Positions 17,852 to 27,339 of a stretch of DNA of 64,000 bases are shown piece after piece. Origin of the DNA: Bacteroidales bacterium (lineage in GTDB: Bacteria; Bacteroidota; Bacteroidia; Bacteroidales; FEN-979). Where the stretch lies: contig OY820914.1 in the NCBI GenBank assembly GCA_963682005.1, positions 4,878,005-4,942,004 of the forward strand, in the 5' to 3' direction. The notes below the pieces were generated by a model. That model was not told the origin of the DNA. It saw only the letters and a program-made list of their open reading frames with translations, and did not search any database. Positions within the stretch are counted from its first letter, which is position 1. Each line of letters begins with the position of its first letter. Both the position numbers and the translations under genes were made by a program.

Positions 17852-18807
17852 AAATGATAGATCAGGGTGGCACCCATCCCTGTCTCGCTCACCGGGATCA
17901 CCTGTAAAGTCTTGTTGGCATTAAAATACACCATACTGCCAATGGCCAATCCCAGGGCTGAACCGAAAAGCACATCGGAAGCCCAATGGTCATTAACCGC
18001 CAGCCGGTAAAAAGCGGTAGCCCCGGCCAGACTAAAGCTTACAAGAGGAACCCATTTTGTATTCCAGTATTCCAGGCCAATGACCGTTGCAATTGCAAAA
18101 ACTGTCGAAGAATGGCCGGAAGGAAAAGAATTATACCCGAAAGGACCGTAGTCACCATCCCAACTGAATGGCCCGTCCCATTGATGCGGATCTGGGGGGG
18201 TATCCTGATATGGACGATGCCGGTGTGTTACCTGTTTAATGACCTGGGTAAAAACAGCAGTGAGCACATAGGCTTCCAGGCCTTTTAAACCTGTCTCTTT
18301 TGCTTTTTTATTTTTCCATATCACACCACTGGCATAAAAAATGGCCAATGTGGGAATACCATAAAGACCGCTTCCCAACGGACTGAAAAAGTAATAGGAA
18401 GTATTGCTTATAAATTTGGAGCTGTGCGTGTAATAAAACTGCTCAATTGGCTTATCTCCCCATGCGATCAATACTATTGTTCCGGAAACTGCTGCAGCTA
18501 CGCTTATGAACTTAACTGTATTCCAGTGAAACGGATTGGCAAAAAGCGACTTTGTGTCTTTCCAGTAAGAACTTGCATAAGCACGTCCGAAAGAACTTGC
18601 AGGTGTAATATTCTGTGGTTCCTTCGTGATGATCACGGTATCCATTTTTTTAATAAGGGTATCTACCTGCTGAGGTGTCAGGCTGTCAATTTTCTGAGGG
18701 GTAAGTGTATCCTTTTTTTCCTGGGCGGCCAGGTTGCACTGAAGTATCAGCATTAGACCGGTCAGACAGAGTATCCTTATTTTTAAAATAATCGGCATTG
18801 CAGCCAT
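17848..18807 (-). CDS. PAP2-family phosphatase (membrane)
   Basis: Acid-phosphatase motifs KQVTHRHRP, PSGHSS and RLAVNDHWASD. Start chosen at the ATG giving MAAMPIILKIRILCLTGL; the ORF track extends to 18906. Confidence 0.8.
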   Translation of the reverse strand: MAAMPIILKIRILCLTGLMLILQCNLAAQEKKDTLTPQKIDSLTPQQVDTLIKKMDTVIITKEPQNITPASSFGRAYASSYWKDTKSLFANPFHWNTVKFISVAAAVSGTIVLIAWGDKPIEQFYYTHSSKFISNTSYYFFSPLGSGLYGIPTLAIFYASGVIWKNKKAKETGLKGLEAYVLTAVFTQVIKQVTHRHRPYQDTPPDPHQWDGPFSWDGDYGPFGYNSFPSGHSSTVFAIATVIGLEYWNTKWVPLVSFSLAGATAFYRLAVNDHWASDVLFGSALGLAIGSMVYFNANKTLQVIPVSETGMGATLIYHF

Positions 18808-18924
18808 GATCCTGATTATAATATGTTGATTCAAAAGTAAGAAATGATGGTTAGAAAGCCATACATAATTCTTGTCGTTGAGTGAATGTTGAATCTTAGA
18901 TTTCATTTCGGCCCATACTTCCCC

Positions 18925-19974
18925 TTAATTGGCAGCCCTGGCTTTTTTCTTTTTAAAGATATCGAACCGGGTTCCTCCCCAGATGCGAAATTGCGCCACA
19001 TCATAATAGAACCTCGCATTGCTGAGTTGGCTTGGAACCTCGTTGAATCCTGTTTGAACGGATCCACCGAGAAACCATTTGCTTGAATTATACCCCAGGG
19101 CGAAACGGCCGCTGAGCTGGAAAACAAATTCAGATTCAGATGTTCCTGTCATGTCATTCCCAAACGATGAAAACTGGGCGGCAACGCCCGGAAAAACAAC
19201 TGCCGTAAGATAAAAATTCTTTAGGAATACCAAGGTATAAGCATACCCCGGTGACAATCCGACCGAATATATTTCCCCTCTTTTGATCGAATTGGAAACG
19301 GGGATATGATAATCATAAGCCATTTCAGCCGGAATAAGCCCATTACTTGAAGAAATCTGGTAATACAAAAATGAAGGTCTGATCATGAAACTGCCGGCAC
19401 TCTTTTTCTGGCGTTCATTCTGGATGAAAGCAGCACGGATTGAGAACCGCTTTGAATTGTATACCCAATAACCGGAAATACCAAACGAGAATGTTTGCAT
19501 GTCAGGGATTATATAATGTGTTCCTTCCGGCTTTTCCGGAAAACTCAGGTAGTACCCTTTGTACCGTTGCAGGAATATTTCACCTGCAAGGGCCCGTCCA
19601 TATGCATTGATCCGGAAATCCAGCGTCGAGGTTTTTCCATATGCTGTCCGGTCAGTTTTATAGAATGGATTATCTATTGACAATCCAAGGCCAAACCACT
19701 TCCAGAAACCGGCAATCCCGATTCTGACATTGACATTTGGCCGGTAAACGATCTTTGAAACTTCATAATCAGAGGCCCTGATGAGCAGGGAAGCATTCTC
19801 AAAGAGAAGAAATATCCGGGCCGTAAACAAACCGGTGTAATCCTCCACATGCGTACTGTCAACATTCTGCGGTTGCATTAAACCAGTGTCAGGATTTGTC
19901 TGGGTTATTGCCACAGGACCTGCAAATAGCAAGAGAATTAAGAAAACTCCGGTGGCCTTTGTTCGGATTGACAA
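18925..19974 (-). CDS. predicted outer-membrane beta-barrel protein (DUF4421-like)
   Basis: Signal peptide, alternating beta-strand-like pattern and an aromatic-rich C-terminal region. The family name is tentative. Confidence 0.55.
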   Translation of the reverse strand: MSIRTKATGVFLILLLFAGPVAITQTNPDTGLMQPQNVDSTHVEDYTGLFTARIFLLFENASLLIRASDYEVSKIVYRPNVNVRIGIAGFWKWFGLGLSIDNPFYKTDRTAYGKTSTLDFRINAYGRALAGEIFLQRYKGYYLSFPEKPEGTHYIIPDMQTFSFGISGYWVYNSKRFSIRAAFIQNERQKKSAGSFMIRPSFLYYQISSSNGLIPAEMAYDYHIPVSNSIKRGEIYSVGLSPGYAYTLVFLKNFYLTAVVFPGVAAQFSSFGNDMTGTSESEFVFQLSGRFALGYNSSKWFLGGSVQTGFNEVPSQLSNARFYYDVAQFRIWGGTRFDIFKKKKARAAN

Positions 19975-19999
19975 TGTTTGATTAACTCAGGATGATTTA

Positions 20000-20185
20000 T
20001 TATACATGGATGTTCATCATGTAGCTGAAAAGACCAAATACCTTGAGAAGCCAGACACAGACAATGATCACGACCACAACGTTCAGAATGGTTTTGATCT
20101 TGTGGTCCATAGGAATGTATGTATTGACCAGCCATAGAACAACACCGGCAATGATCAGGACTATTAAAATGGTGAATAGTGGCAT
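20000..20185 (-). CDS. small two-TM membrane protein (61 aa)
   Basis: MPLFTILIVLIIAGVVLWLVNTYIPMD...ILNVVVVIIVCVWLLKVFGLF. It is the first gene behind promoter module P5. Confidence 0.6.
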   Translation of the reverse strand: MPLFTILIVLIIAGVVLWLVNTYIPMDHKIKTILNVVVVIIVCVWLLKVFGLFSYMMNIHV

Positions 20186-20209
20186 ATAATGCGTTTTAAA
20201 AGTGAATTA

Positions 20210-20265
20210 CAAAGTTACTCCTTACTTTCCCGGCATACCTTACAAAACTGTATGAATAAGTTACA
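20210..20265 (-). promoter_or_regulatory. TGTAAC-pair promoter module P5 (drives the small TM + DUF4421-like + PAP2 genes)
   Basis: TGTAAC-ttattcatacagttt-TGTAAG-gtatgccgggaaagtaaggag-TAACTTTG. Confidence 0.6.
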
Positions 20266-20356
20266 TCATTCTGATATTTACCAGATCGTGCCGGCCTTTA
20301 TTTCTCTCCTTTCTGCAGCCGGGAAACCTTTTTCATAACAGCAGATCAATCACGTA

Positions 20357-20593
20357 TTATGATTCATCCTTCGTCGTGCGGATAAGGCCAATACCTGCAA
20401 TGAAGAAAATCAACCCCAGAATGCTGTAAATTAAGATCGCTTTAATATTGCGGTCACCGCCTGATGCGGCGACAAATGCGATTGCAGCATAAATCAGGCC
20501 TCCTATTCCAAGAATTGTGAGTATTGCGCCAAAAATTCTTTTTACGTTCATTATTTCATTTTTTACGATTGATATAGAATTACCTGTTATCAA
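20357..20593 (-). CDS. small two-TM membrane protein (78 aa)
   Basis: Two hydrophobic helices (IFGAILTILGIGGLIYAAIAFVA, ILIYSILGLIFFIAGIGLI). It lies 26 nt downstream of the preceding gene. Confidence 0.55.
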   Translation of the reverse strand: MITGNSISIVKNEIMNVKRIFGAILTILGIGGLIYAAIAFVAASGGDRNIKAILIYSILGLIFFIAGIGLIRTTKDES

Positions 20594-20619
20594 TGTTTCG
20601 GGATTACTTCAGGATGATT

Positions 20620-22080
20620 TCATTGCCCCATATTCTTAGGGGGTTCACCCTGTTGAGATTCCTTATCCTTGCCGGTGCTTTTAGGCGGATTATTTTGCTG
20701 AGGCTGCTTATCCGGTTTGGCATCGTGTTGCGGCTGCGCTGGCTGCTTTGAAGGCGGGTTATTGTGCTGTTTCGGCGACTGCTGCTTTGGCGGCTGGGAC
20801 GGGGGCTGCTGCTTTTCCGACGGACTGTTGTGTTGTTGCGGGGCTGGCTGCTGCTTTGGCGGCTGTTGCTTTGAGGGCTGATCTTTCCCCTGCTGCGGTG
20901 ACGGTTGTTGCTTCGAAGGAGGATTATTGTGCTGTGACGGTGCTGGTTGCTGCCTTGGCGGCTGCTGCTTTGAAGGCTGATCTTTTCCCTGTTGCGGTGA
21001 CGGTTGTTGCTTTGGCGGCTGCTGCTTTGAAGGCTGATCTTTTCCCTGTTGCGGTGACGGTTGTTGCTTTGGCGGCTGCTGCCTTGAAGGCTGATCTTTT
21101 CCCTGCTGCGGTGATGGTTGTTGCTTCGCCGGTTGCTGCCTTGAAGGCTGATCTTTTCCCTGCTGCTGTGATGGTTGTTGCTTCGCCGGCTGACCTTTTT
21201 GTTCTGGTTGATTTGGCTGCTGCCTGCTGGGCTGGGCCGGTCTCTGAGACGGGGTTTCTACCTTCCTTTGTTGGGCCGGCTTCACATTATTCATATTTTC
21301 AACCCTTGACGGAGCAGGTTTTGGGCCTGATGAAACTACCCTCTGTACCTGAGGCCGGTATAACTGAACCTGGTCCTTGGTGACTTTCTGACCCGGTTGG
21401 CTTGATTCTCTTATTGTAACCGGGGTAATCGTCCGGCCTGCACGTTTTTCCACTTCATTCCTGGCAGGTCCTGCATTGTATGTCACATTCCTTGACCTGT
21501 CAACATGCGTATTATTAATAACTGTGGAATTATTGATGATCGTTACATTTGTTGATCTGTCAACATAATAGTTATTGATGTTCGTCCGGCCCAGGTACCC
21601 GCTTCTTACAAAGGTGTAACTATTGTGGGATTCATTGTAGCCAGATCCATATGCGACACTGACATTCACCCCTGGTCCGATCGGCGCCCAGCCATAATAT
21701 CCTTCTGACCGCCTCCAGGTAACCCATCCTGGACCCCATTCATTATCAGGAACCCAGATCGGTCCGTAAACGGGATCGGTATACCACCGCCCATAATGAA
21801 AAGGCGCCCATCCCCATGAATAATTGGAAACCCATGTCCAGCCCTGATCAGTCAATATCCAATAACCATTCGTGGCATAGGGAGTAAAGCCGGGGGAGAC
21901 ATCCGGTATCCAGACATATCCATATTCAGGATTGTCAACCCAGGTCCCGTATGGGCTTAAATCATCATAAAAAACCTGAAAACTTACAGATGCCCCCTGC
22001 GCAGGGGCATGTTGCGGCGTTATCCACCCGCCGACAGAAATGAGAAAAAGAAGTGCGACAAATTTGATCCTGGTTTTCAT
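20620..22080 (-). CDS. secreted protein with a W/Y/G-rich N-terminal domain and a P/Q-rich repetitive C-terminal tail
   Basis: Signal peptide, then GYVWIPDVSPGF...WGWAPFHYGRWY...WGPGWVTWRR, and a C-terminal tail of (QPSPQQGKDQPSKQQPPKQ)n repeats. Confidence 0.7.
   Translation of the reverse strand: MKTRIKFVALLFLISVGGWITPQHAPAQGASVSFQVFYDDLSPYGTWVDNPEYGYVWIPDVSPGFTPYATNGYWILTDQGWTWVSNYSWGWAPFHYGRWYTDPVYGPIWVPDNEWGPGWVTWRRSEGYYGWAPIGPGVNVSVAYGSGYNESHNSYTFVRSGYLGRTNINNYYVDRSTNVTIINNSTVINNTHVDRSRNVTYNAGPARNEVEKRAGRTITPVTIRESSQPGQKVTKDQVQLYRPQVQRVVSSGPKPAPSRVENMNNVKPAQQRKVETPSQRPAQPSRQQPNQPEQKGQPAKQQPSQQQGKDQPSRQQPAKQQPSPQQGKDQPSRQQPPKQQPSPQQGKDQPSKQQPPKQQPSPQQGKDQPSKQQPPRQQPAPSQHNNPPSKQQPSPQQGKDQPSKQQPPKQQPAPQQHNSPSEKQQPPSQPPKQQSPKQHNNPPSKQPAQPQHDAKPDKQPQQNNPPKSTGKDKESQQGEPPKNMGQ
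20860..21200 (-). repeat. 57-bp (19-aa) P/Q-rich coding tandem repeat
   Basis: gaaggctga recurs at 20972, 21029, 21086 and 21143 (period 57). The protein repeat is QPSPQQGKDQPSKQQPPKQ. Confidence 0.85.
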
Positions 22081-22116
22081 TGTTTCAATTTAATATGTGA
22101 TGAAATTATCACGATG

Positions 22117-22172
22117 CAAAGTTCCGTATCATCCATCCGATCGATGTTACACAACTTGGTGTTAATCTTACA
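22117..22172 (-). promoter_or_regulatory. TGTAAC-pair promoter module P6 (drives the W-rich/PQ-repeat protein + small TM genes)
   Basis: TGTAAG-attaacaccaagttg-TGTAAC-atcgatcggatggatgatacg-GAACTTTG. Confidence 0.6.
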
Positions 22173-22204
22173 TGATTCATCGAATTGAAAGCAATGATAA
22201 TCCT

Positions 22205-24574
22205 CTATTTGGAAATGCTTATGCTTTCCTTCCGTTCCTTCCTGAATTTTTTTCTCGGTTTTTCATTATTCAATTCATTCATCTTCCGGTAGGCTTTCAG
22301 CAAGGATTTAGGAAAATCACCCTTGTAGACTATTTTATAAAAGGAAAAACCGTTATAGGGGATGGTGTTTTCCGGGGAATGAAATTTTACCCGGTTTTCA
22401 ACACCTTTCTGTGTGAACGAGTGCAAAAAAGCAGTTTCCCTTTCCTTATTTAACAATCTGAATGTATTGCTAATAGTAATGATTCCAATATACCGGTTGC
22501 ATTTCTCCTGGATGGTAAACAACAAACTATCATCAAGATACTTGTTCAGATAACGGACAAACAACGAATCTTTCACTGACTTGTTATCAACATCAATGGA
22601 ATCTGCTTCACTGAATTGCAATGATTTCTTCTCCCGGTTCCGTAAAAAATATTTCTTCTTGGCTTCAAAAAAACCGATATATTCTTTTTCCTTTTCTGCA
22701 TAAACCATCGGATATACGGAAATTGAGGCATCCGGATTATCTTTCAGGAAATCAACCATTTCATCTATAAACTTTTCCTGCTGGGGCAACAGGGAATTCT
22801 GACGCATGTTCCACTTCAGCGTAAGGGATTGCTCAATTTCAGCTTCGAGATCCTTTACCTCCATTCTGTAAGGCCCCGTCGCGGGTTTTACAAAAATATT
22901 CTCAACAATATCGACTAAGACATCATGCAAATGAAATTTTGGATCCTTCAGGTTTCCGGTTATCGGTATCTCGTAGTCAATCACATTCCCCCGTTCCCGG
23001 ACAAGTGACATCATCAACCGCATGGGTAGCCATTTTGTATTTTTATTTGCTGAACGAATGCCGATCCGCGGGTCAATTACCACAAGGTGGTTTTTGCTTT
23101 GTATTATTCCATTCCTTACGTTCCATGAACCTTTGATCTCTATTGTTCCCCTGTCCAGCGGAAAAGAGGTGTAAGTTATCAGGTAGGGATTGAAAACGGA
23201 AGCGGGCACTCTTTTAAGGTCATATTGCAGATCAAAATCCGTACTGTCCGTTGGGTTAATGCGTAAAGTCACATTCAGATCACCATATGGTTTGATACCG
23301 GATTTAAATGCCACATTGACCCATTTGTGATTCTTGTCCACAGAATCTGCGACAATATACAACGGATATGCACTGGCAGAAAACTTCTCTTTAACGGAAT
23401 AGTCGTTGAATTGGAGATTACCATCGTAGATTGCAAGCCGGTCTATTTTGTATTCGCTCTGGAAAAAATTCCTTGCGAGCACTTTAACGTAACGTGCAAT
23501 TTCAATCACCAGGTTAAATTTGGCAGGATCTGCAGCCGCCGATGAAATGTTCGCACCATTTTTTCCGAACATCCTTTGCAGGTTATCCAGATAGTCATAA
23601 ATCTCATATATAAAATAAGGCTTAACGAGCGAAACAGAATCGAACAGGTATTGATGATTTTTCGGGCTGATTTCAATGATTGCCAGTGACAATTTTTTAA
23701 ATGAGGAGAGATCCTCTTTCGGATTCTTTCCAAAATGAAAATCATTGACTGCCAGTTGTCCTGACATCGTTATATTTTCCTCATCCTTAAAGTTGCCCTT
23801 TGCTTTCATGTCAGCGTCAATGTTGGCGGAAAAACTTCCATGGTTTGTGATTTCGCGCAGGTATTGTTCAATAATCGACAGATCGAATTTTTGAACGACT
23901 ACTGAATAGTGATAATCCAGGGTTTCATAATTGATGGTAAAGTTGCCTTTTGCCCTACCGGTTCCTGTTCCGGATGTGAATGAAAAATGCACACCCATGG
24001 TGTCGGCATTCCAACGTTTGCCGGCACTTTCAATATTTACCTCTTTGATGAAATAGTCTATGGGAGTAACATCTTCGCGGTACCGGAACACTCCGTTTTT
24101 CAGGCTGATCTTCAGGATTGAGAAATGCACGGATGATGGGGTCGTACTTGGTTTTTTGGGTGTAAATAGCTTTATCAGATCCGTAAAGTTCAGTACTTTT
24201 TTATTTTGAATTATTATTCCGTGTGGCTGATCCAATGTGGCTTCTGTGATCTCAACCGTTTTCGACAGGAGTTTGAGCAGTGCAAAGTTTACGCTGACTC
24301 CCCTGGCTGTAAAGAAAATACTGTCACCAGTCCGGTATCCGGGAAGGCTTTTGGATTCATAAATTTTGAGATTGCTTATGTGCACATATCCCGTGAAAGG
24401 GTTGATATAAATCCAACTCATTTTGACCTGCCTCCCGGTGTACTTCTCCGCATACTTCTCCAAAAGGTACTTTGCAATGGGTGAGATCAATAAAATGATC
24501 ACCACAGCTGCACTGAGGATTGCTCCAAAAACAATCAGGATTGTTTTTTTTAACGGGGTGTTTGCAATTTTCAT
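22205..24574 (-). CDS. large N-terminally anchored envelope protein, DUF748-like
   Basis: 789-aa ORF. The N-terminal TM and ISPIAKYLLEKYAEKYTGRQVKMSWIYINPFTGYVHISNLKIYE are recalled from DUF748 proteins; the family name is tentative. Confidence 0.6.
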   Translation of the reverse strand: MKIANTPLKKTILIVFGAILSAAVVIILLISPIAKYLLEKYAEKYTGRQVKMSWIYINPFTGYVHISNLKIYESKSLPGYRTGDSIFFTARGVSVNFALLKLLSKTVEITEATLDQPHGIIIQNKKVLNFTDLIKLFTPKKPSTTPSSVHFSILKISLKNGVFRYREDVTPIDYFIKEVNIESAGKRWNADTMGVHFSFTSGTGTGRAKGNFTINYETLDYHYSVVVQKFDLSIIEQYLREITNHGSFSANIDADMKAKGNFKDEENITMSGQLAVNDFHFGKNPKEDLSSFKKLSLAIIEISPKNHQYLFDSVSLVKPYFIYEIYDYLDNLQRMFGKNGANISSAAADPAKFNLVIEIARYVKVLARNFFQSEYKIDRLAIYDGNLQFNDYSVKEKFSASAYPLYIVADSVDKNHKWVNVAFKSGIKPYGDLNVTLRINPTDSTDFDLQYDLKRVPASVFNPYLITYTSFPLDRGTIEIKGSWNVRNGIIQSKNHLVVIDPRIGIRSANKNTKWLPMRLMMSLVRERGNVIDYEIPITGNLKDPKFHLHDVLVDIVENIFVKPATGPYRMEVKDLEAEIEQSLTLKWNMRQNSLLPQQEKFIDEMVDFLKDNPDASISVYPMVYAEKEKEYIGFFEAKKKYFLRNREKKSLQFSEADSIDVDNKSVKDSLFVRYLNKYLDDSLLFTIQEKCNRYIGIITISNTFRLLNKERETAFLHSFTQKGVENRVKFHSPENTIPYNGFSFYKIVYKGDFPKSLLKAYRKMNELNNEKPRKKFRKERKESISISK

Positions 24575-24703
24575 AATTCAATTTATCGGAAACTCTCCCT
24601 GCCAGGCAGAAAGAACAAGTGAAATTTGGCAGGAAAATGCCTCAGGCAATGTTGAGAACTATAAAATGGATCGCCACTCAACCTCATAACCAGGAATGGC
24701 TCG

Positions 24704-25699
24704 TCAATTGTTTACTATTTGCGGAATGAACTGATGCTTGTTCGATAATTTCCATGTAACACTCACCCCTACAGCATCCGGAGTTGTCGACAGGCCAAGT
24801 GCAAGATGCTTGCTGCAAGGAATCTTATGTAATGCAGGGACCACGATGCCGATAACAGCGCCAAGCCCGAACCCTACGGCGATGTCGGATGGAAAATGAT
24901 CCAATGAACGTATTCGGGCATATCCTATCACCAAAGGGGGAACCGACGCTGCAAGGTATAAAAGGTATTTCGCCGCCCCGATATTCGGATGATAGTCACA
25001 AAATACCTTGACCATGAAAAACGTACTGTAGGCGCAGGATGCCACATGCCCGCTGTAAAAAGAGTTACGGTTGTTGCTATTTTTTTGGGCATCGGCCCCG
25101 AGGGCCGGATAATAAACAGCTGGCCTGTAACGGTTCTGAAAGTACGGTCCAAGAGGACTGTAATTGTAGAATGTGAATGTCACCGTATGTCCTTCAACAT
25201 ACATAAACAAAAGGTGAAGCCAGTCCTTCCTTATATTTTTATCAATCATCAGTAAACTGGGCAGAAGGAATATGCCAATCTCCCCGTAATCGGAAACCTT
25301 CTTCCACATGGCCCGATCAGATGTTGGCTGGTGCAAAGACCACCGGTCTAATGTGTTATACAGATTTTTTTGCTGATCCGTATTCGCAAAAATAAGTTCC
25401 TCATCAGACAGGGATGCCTTGCTCTTTAAACGTGGAATCGCAAACAAGTCACCAACCATGCCAACCAATATGATCGACCCTTCAACAAAATAATTGATAT
25501 TGTAAACTTTCATTTTCACGGGTTTCAATGGCTTTGCCCCTGTGTCACTTATTTTTGCAATTGTGTCTGCAGACCCACATAATGCACTGACACTTATCAT
25601 CAGGCTTGCCATTAAACACGCCAAGGTTCTCATTCGGAACCATTTGCTTTTAAATTTGCCCAGGTAACTCCCTGCAAACCAATTTTTCATTCGTATCAT
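24704..25699 (-). CDS. PAP2-family phosphatase (membrane)
   Basis: Motifs YSGHVAS and RIRSLDHFPSD in a polytopic membrane protein. Confidence 0.75.
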   Translation of the reverse strand: MIRMKNWFAGSYLGKFKSKWFRMRTLACLMASLMISVSALCGSADTIAKISDTGAKPLKPVKMKVYNINYFVEGSIILVGMVGDLFAIPRLKSKASLSDEELIFANTDQQKNLYNTLDRWSLHQPTSDRAMWKKVSDYGEIGIFLLPSLLMIDKNIRKDWLHLLFMYVEGHTVTFTFYNYSPLGPYFQNRYRPAVYYPALGADAQKNSNNRNSFYSGHVASCAYSTFFMVKVFCDYHPNIGAAKYLLYLAASVPPLVIGYARIRSLDHFPSDIAVGFGLGAVIGIVVPALHKIPCSKHLALGLSTTPDAVGVSVTWKLSNKHQFIPQIVNN

Positions 25700-25702
25700 A
25701 AT

Positions 25703-26260
25703 TTATTTCTTCTTCCCTTTTCCACCGTCGTGACCCTGGTCTGACTTTGTGCCTTTTTCGTTCCCATGATAATTGCCCTTATCGTTGCTGTGTCCTGATT
25801 TATAGTCATTGCCATGTCCTTTATCTTTATTTTCGTGATTACCATCGTGTGTATTCTTTACGCCGTTGCCTTTGCCCGGTCTTTCCCCGATCGTTTTCTG
25901 GGCTCCGCCATGATAACCTTTCGCATATTTCTTTTTATACTCCTTAAAATTTTTATACGGAGTGGTACCGTGATAATCCCTCATCACAACTTTATACCCG
26001 CCATACAGATCGTAATTCCTGTACATCCCCGGCAGATATGCCCGGTGTACCCAGACGCCACCTGTGTAATAAATGAATACGGATGAGTGGACATCATAAT
26101 AGGCTTCAACATCGGGCAGGTAATAGTAACGGACATCCGTAAACCCTACCGGTCCCCACGGTGGAGGAACGCCGATATTTACGTTCACAGAAACCTGAGC
26201 TTGCATTGCACCTCCTGCTAACAACATCATTCCGGCCAGGATCAATCGAATTGTTTTCAT
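25703..26260 (-). CDS. secreted hypothetical protein with a Y-rich core and an H/G/K-rich tail
   Basis: Signal peptide MKTIRLILAGMMLLAGGAMQAQ, YYYLPDVEAYYDVHSSVFIYYTGGVWVHRAY, and the tail GHGNDYKSGHSNDKGNYHGNEKG. It is the first gene behind module P7. Confidence 0.6.
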   Translation of the reverse strand: MKTIRLILAGMMLLAGGAMQAQVSVNVNIGVPPPWGPVGFTDVRYYYLPDVEAYYDVHSSVFIYYTGGVWVHRAYLPGMYRNYDLYGGYKVVMRDYHGTTPYKNFKEYKKKYAKGYHGGAQKTIGERPGKGNGVKNTHDGNHENKDKGHGNDYKSGHSNDKGNYHGNEKGTKSDQGHDGGKGKKK

Positions 26261-26291
26261 CGCATCATTCTTTAGATCATTTTACAGACTG

Positions 26292-26347
26292 CAAAGTTGA
26301 GCCCTTTCCTGTCAGTAACTGTTACACAAATAGATAAAAGAGTTACA
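26292..26347 (-). promoter_or_regulatory. TGTAAC-pair promoter module P7 (drives the Y-rich protein + PAP2 + DUF748-like genes)
   Basis: TGTAAC-tcttttatctatttg-TGTAAC-agttactgacaggaaagggct-CAACTTTG. Confidence 0.65.
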
Positions 26348-26376
26348 ACATTAACACATGCGGAATATGTGAATGA

Positions 26377-26432
26377 TGTAAGATTATTCAAGTTTTATGT
26401 AACACGGATATTGGCAATGAACCTCAACTTTG
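26377..26432 (+). promoter_or_regulatory. TGTAAC-pair promoter module P8 (drives the OmpA-family gene)
   Basis: TGTAAG-attattcaagtttta-TGTAAC-acggatattggcaatgaacct-CAACTTTG. Confidence 0.65.
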
Positions 26433-26462
26433 TATTATAAATATTTACTTTAAAAACAAAAG

Positions 26463-27260
26463 ATGAAAACAGCATTCCGGCTCATTGCATGCTTGTTCCT
26501 TATGGTCAGCATGCTTTTTACGTCTTGCGTATCAAGCAAGAAATTTGCAGCTTCCGAAGCCCGGGTTGACCAGCTTCAGAAAGACAATGCCAGTTCACTT
26601 CGCCAGTTGAATGATTGTAACCTTCAGGTCAAAAATCTGAAGGATGAAAAATCAGCCCTGCAAAATGACAATGCATCGGTTCAAAATGATCTGAAAGTCC
26701 TGACAACCGAGTCAAAGATGACGATTGCCGACCAGGCAAAACGTTTAAAGAACCTTCAGGATATGATCCAGGCACAGAGAAACGTAATGACAAATCTCCA
26801 GAATTCAATTGCCAAGGCCTTAATGAATTATAAAACGGACGAATTAACCGTTTACATCAAAGACGGAAATGTTTATGTATCCCTTGAAGAAAAGCTATTG
26901 TTCAAATCAGGCAGTGATGTGGTCGATCCCAAGGGAAAGGAAGCGCTGAAAACGCTGGCCAATGTCCTGAATGGAACAAAAGACATCACGGTGATGATAG
27001 AAGGCCATACGGACAACGTGCCCATCAAGACCAGGCAATTTAAAGACAATTGGGATCTGAGCACATCAAGAGCAACTTCAATTGTGCGGATCTTATCTGA
27101 TGAGTATGCTTTTGATCCTACACGGATCACAGCATGCGGCCGGGGTCAATTTCACCCTGTTAAGCCAAATGATACGGATGCAGGACGCGCTGCCAATCGC
27201 AGAACAGAGATCATTCTATCACCGGATCTGAAGGAACTATACAAGCTGCTGTATCAGTAG
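26463..27260 (+). CDS. OmpA-family protein (coiled-coil N-terminus, OmpA_C-like peptidoglycan-binding domain)
   Basis: Lipoprotein-like signal (LFTSC). OmpA_C motifs GHTDNVPI, NWDLSTSRATSIVRIL and NRRTEIIL. Confidence 0.85.
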   Translation: MKTAFRLIACLFLMVSMLFTSCVSSKKFAASEARVDQLQKDNASSLRQLNDCNLQVKNLKDEKSALQNDNASVQNDLKVLTTESKMTIADQAKRLKNLQDMIQAQRNVMTNLQNSIAKALMNYKTDELTVYIKDGNVYVSLEEKLLFKSGSDVVDPKGKEALKTLANVLNGTKDITVMIEGHTDNVPIKTRQFKDNWDLSTSRATSIVRILSDEYAFDPTRITACGRGQFHPVKPNDTDAGRAANRRTEIILSPDLKELYKLLYQ

Positions 27261-27339
27261 AATTCGGGCTGAAGGGCAGGTGGGGAACATGTGCCTGATC
27301 CCCGGTTTTGGCCGACAAATGGCAGTAAAATGAAAATCA

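Noticed and set aside
20748-21383. 211-aa plus-strand Ala/Val-rich ORF
   Set aside because: It is the antisense reading of the P/Q-rich 57-bp repeat. It is low-complexity and lies fully inside a well-supported minus-strand gene.
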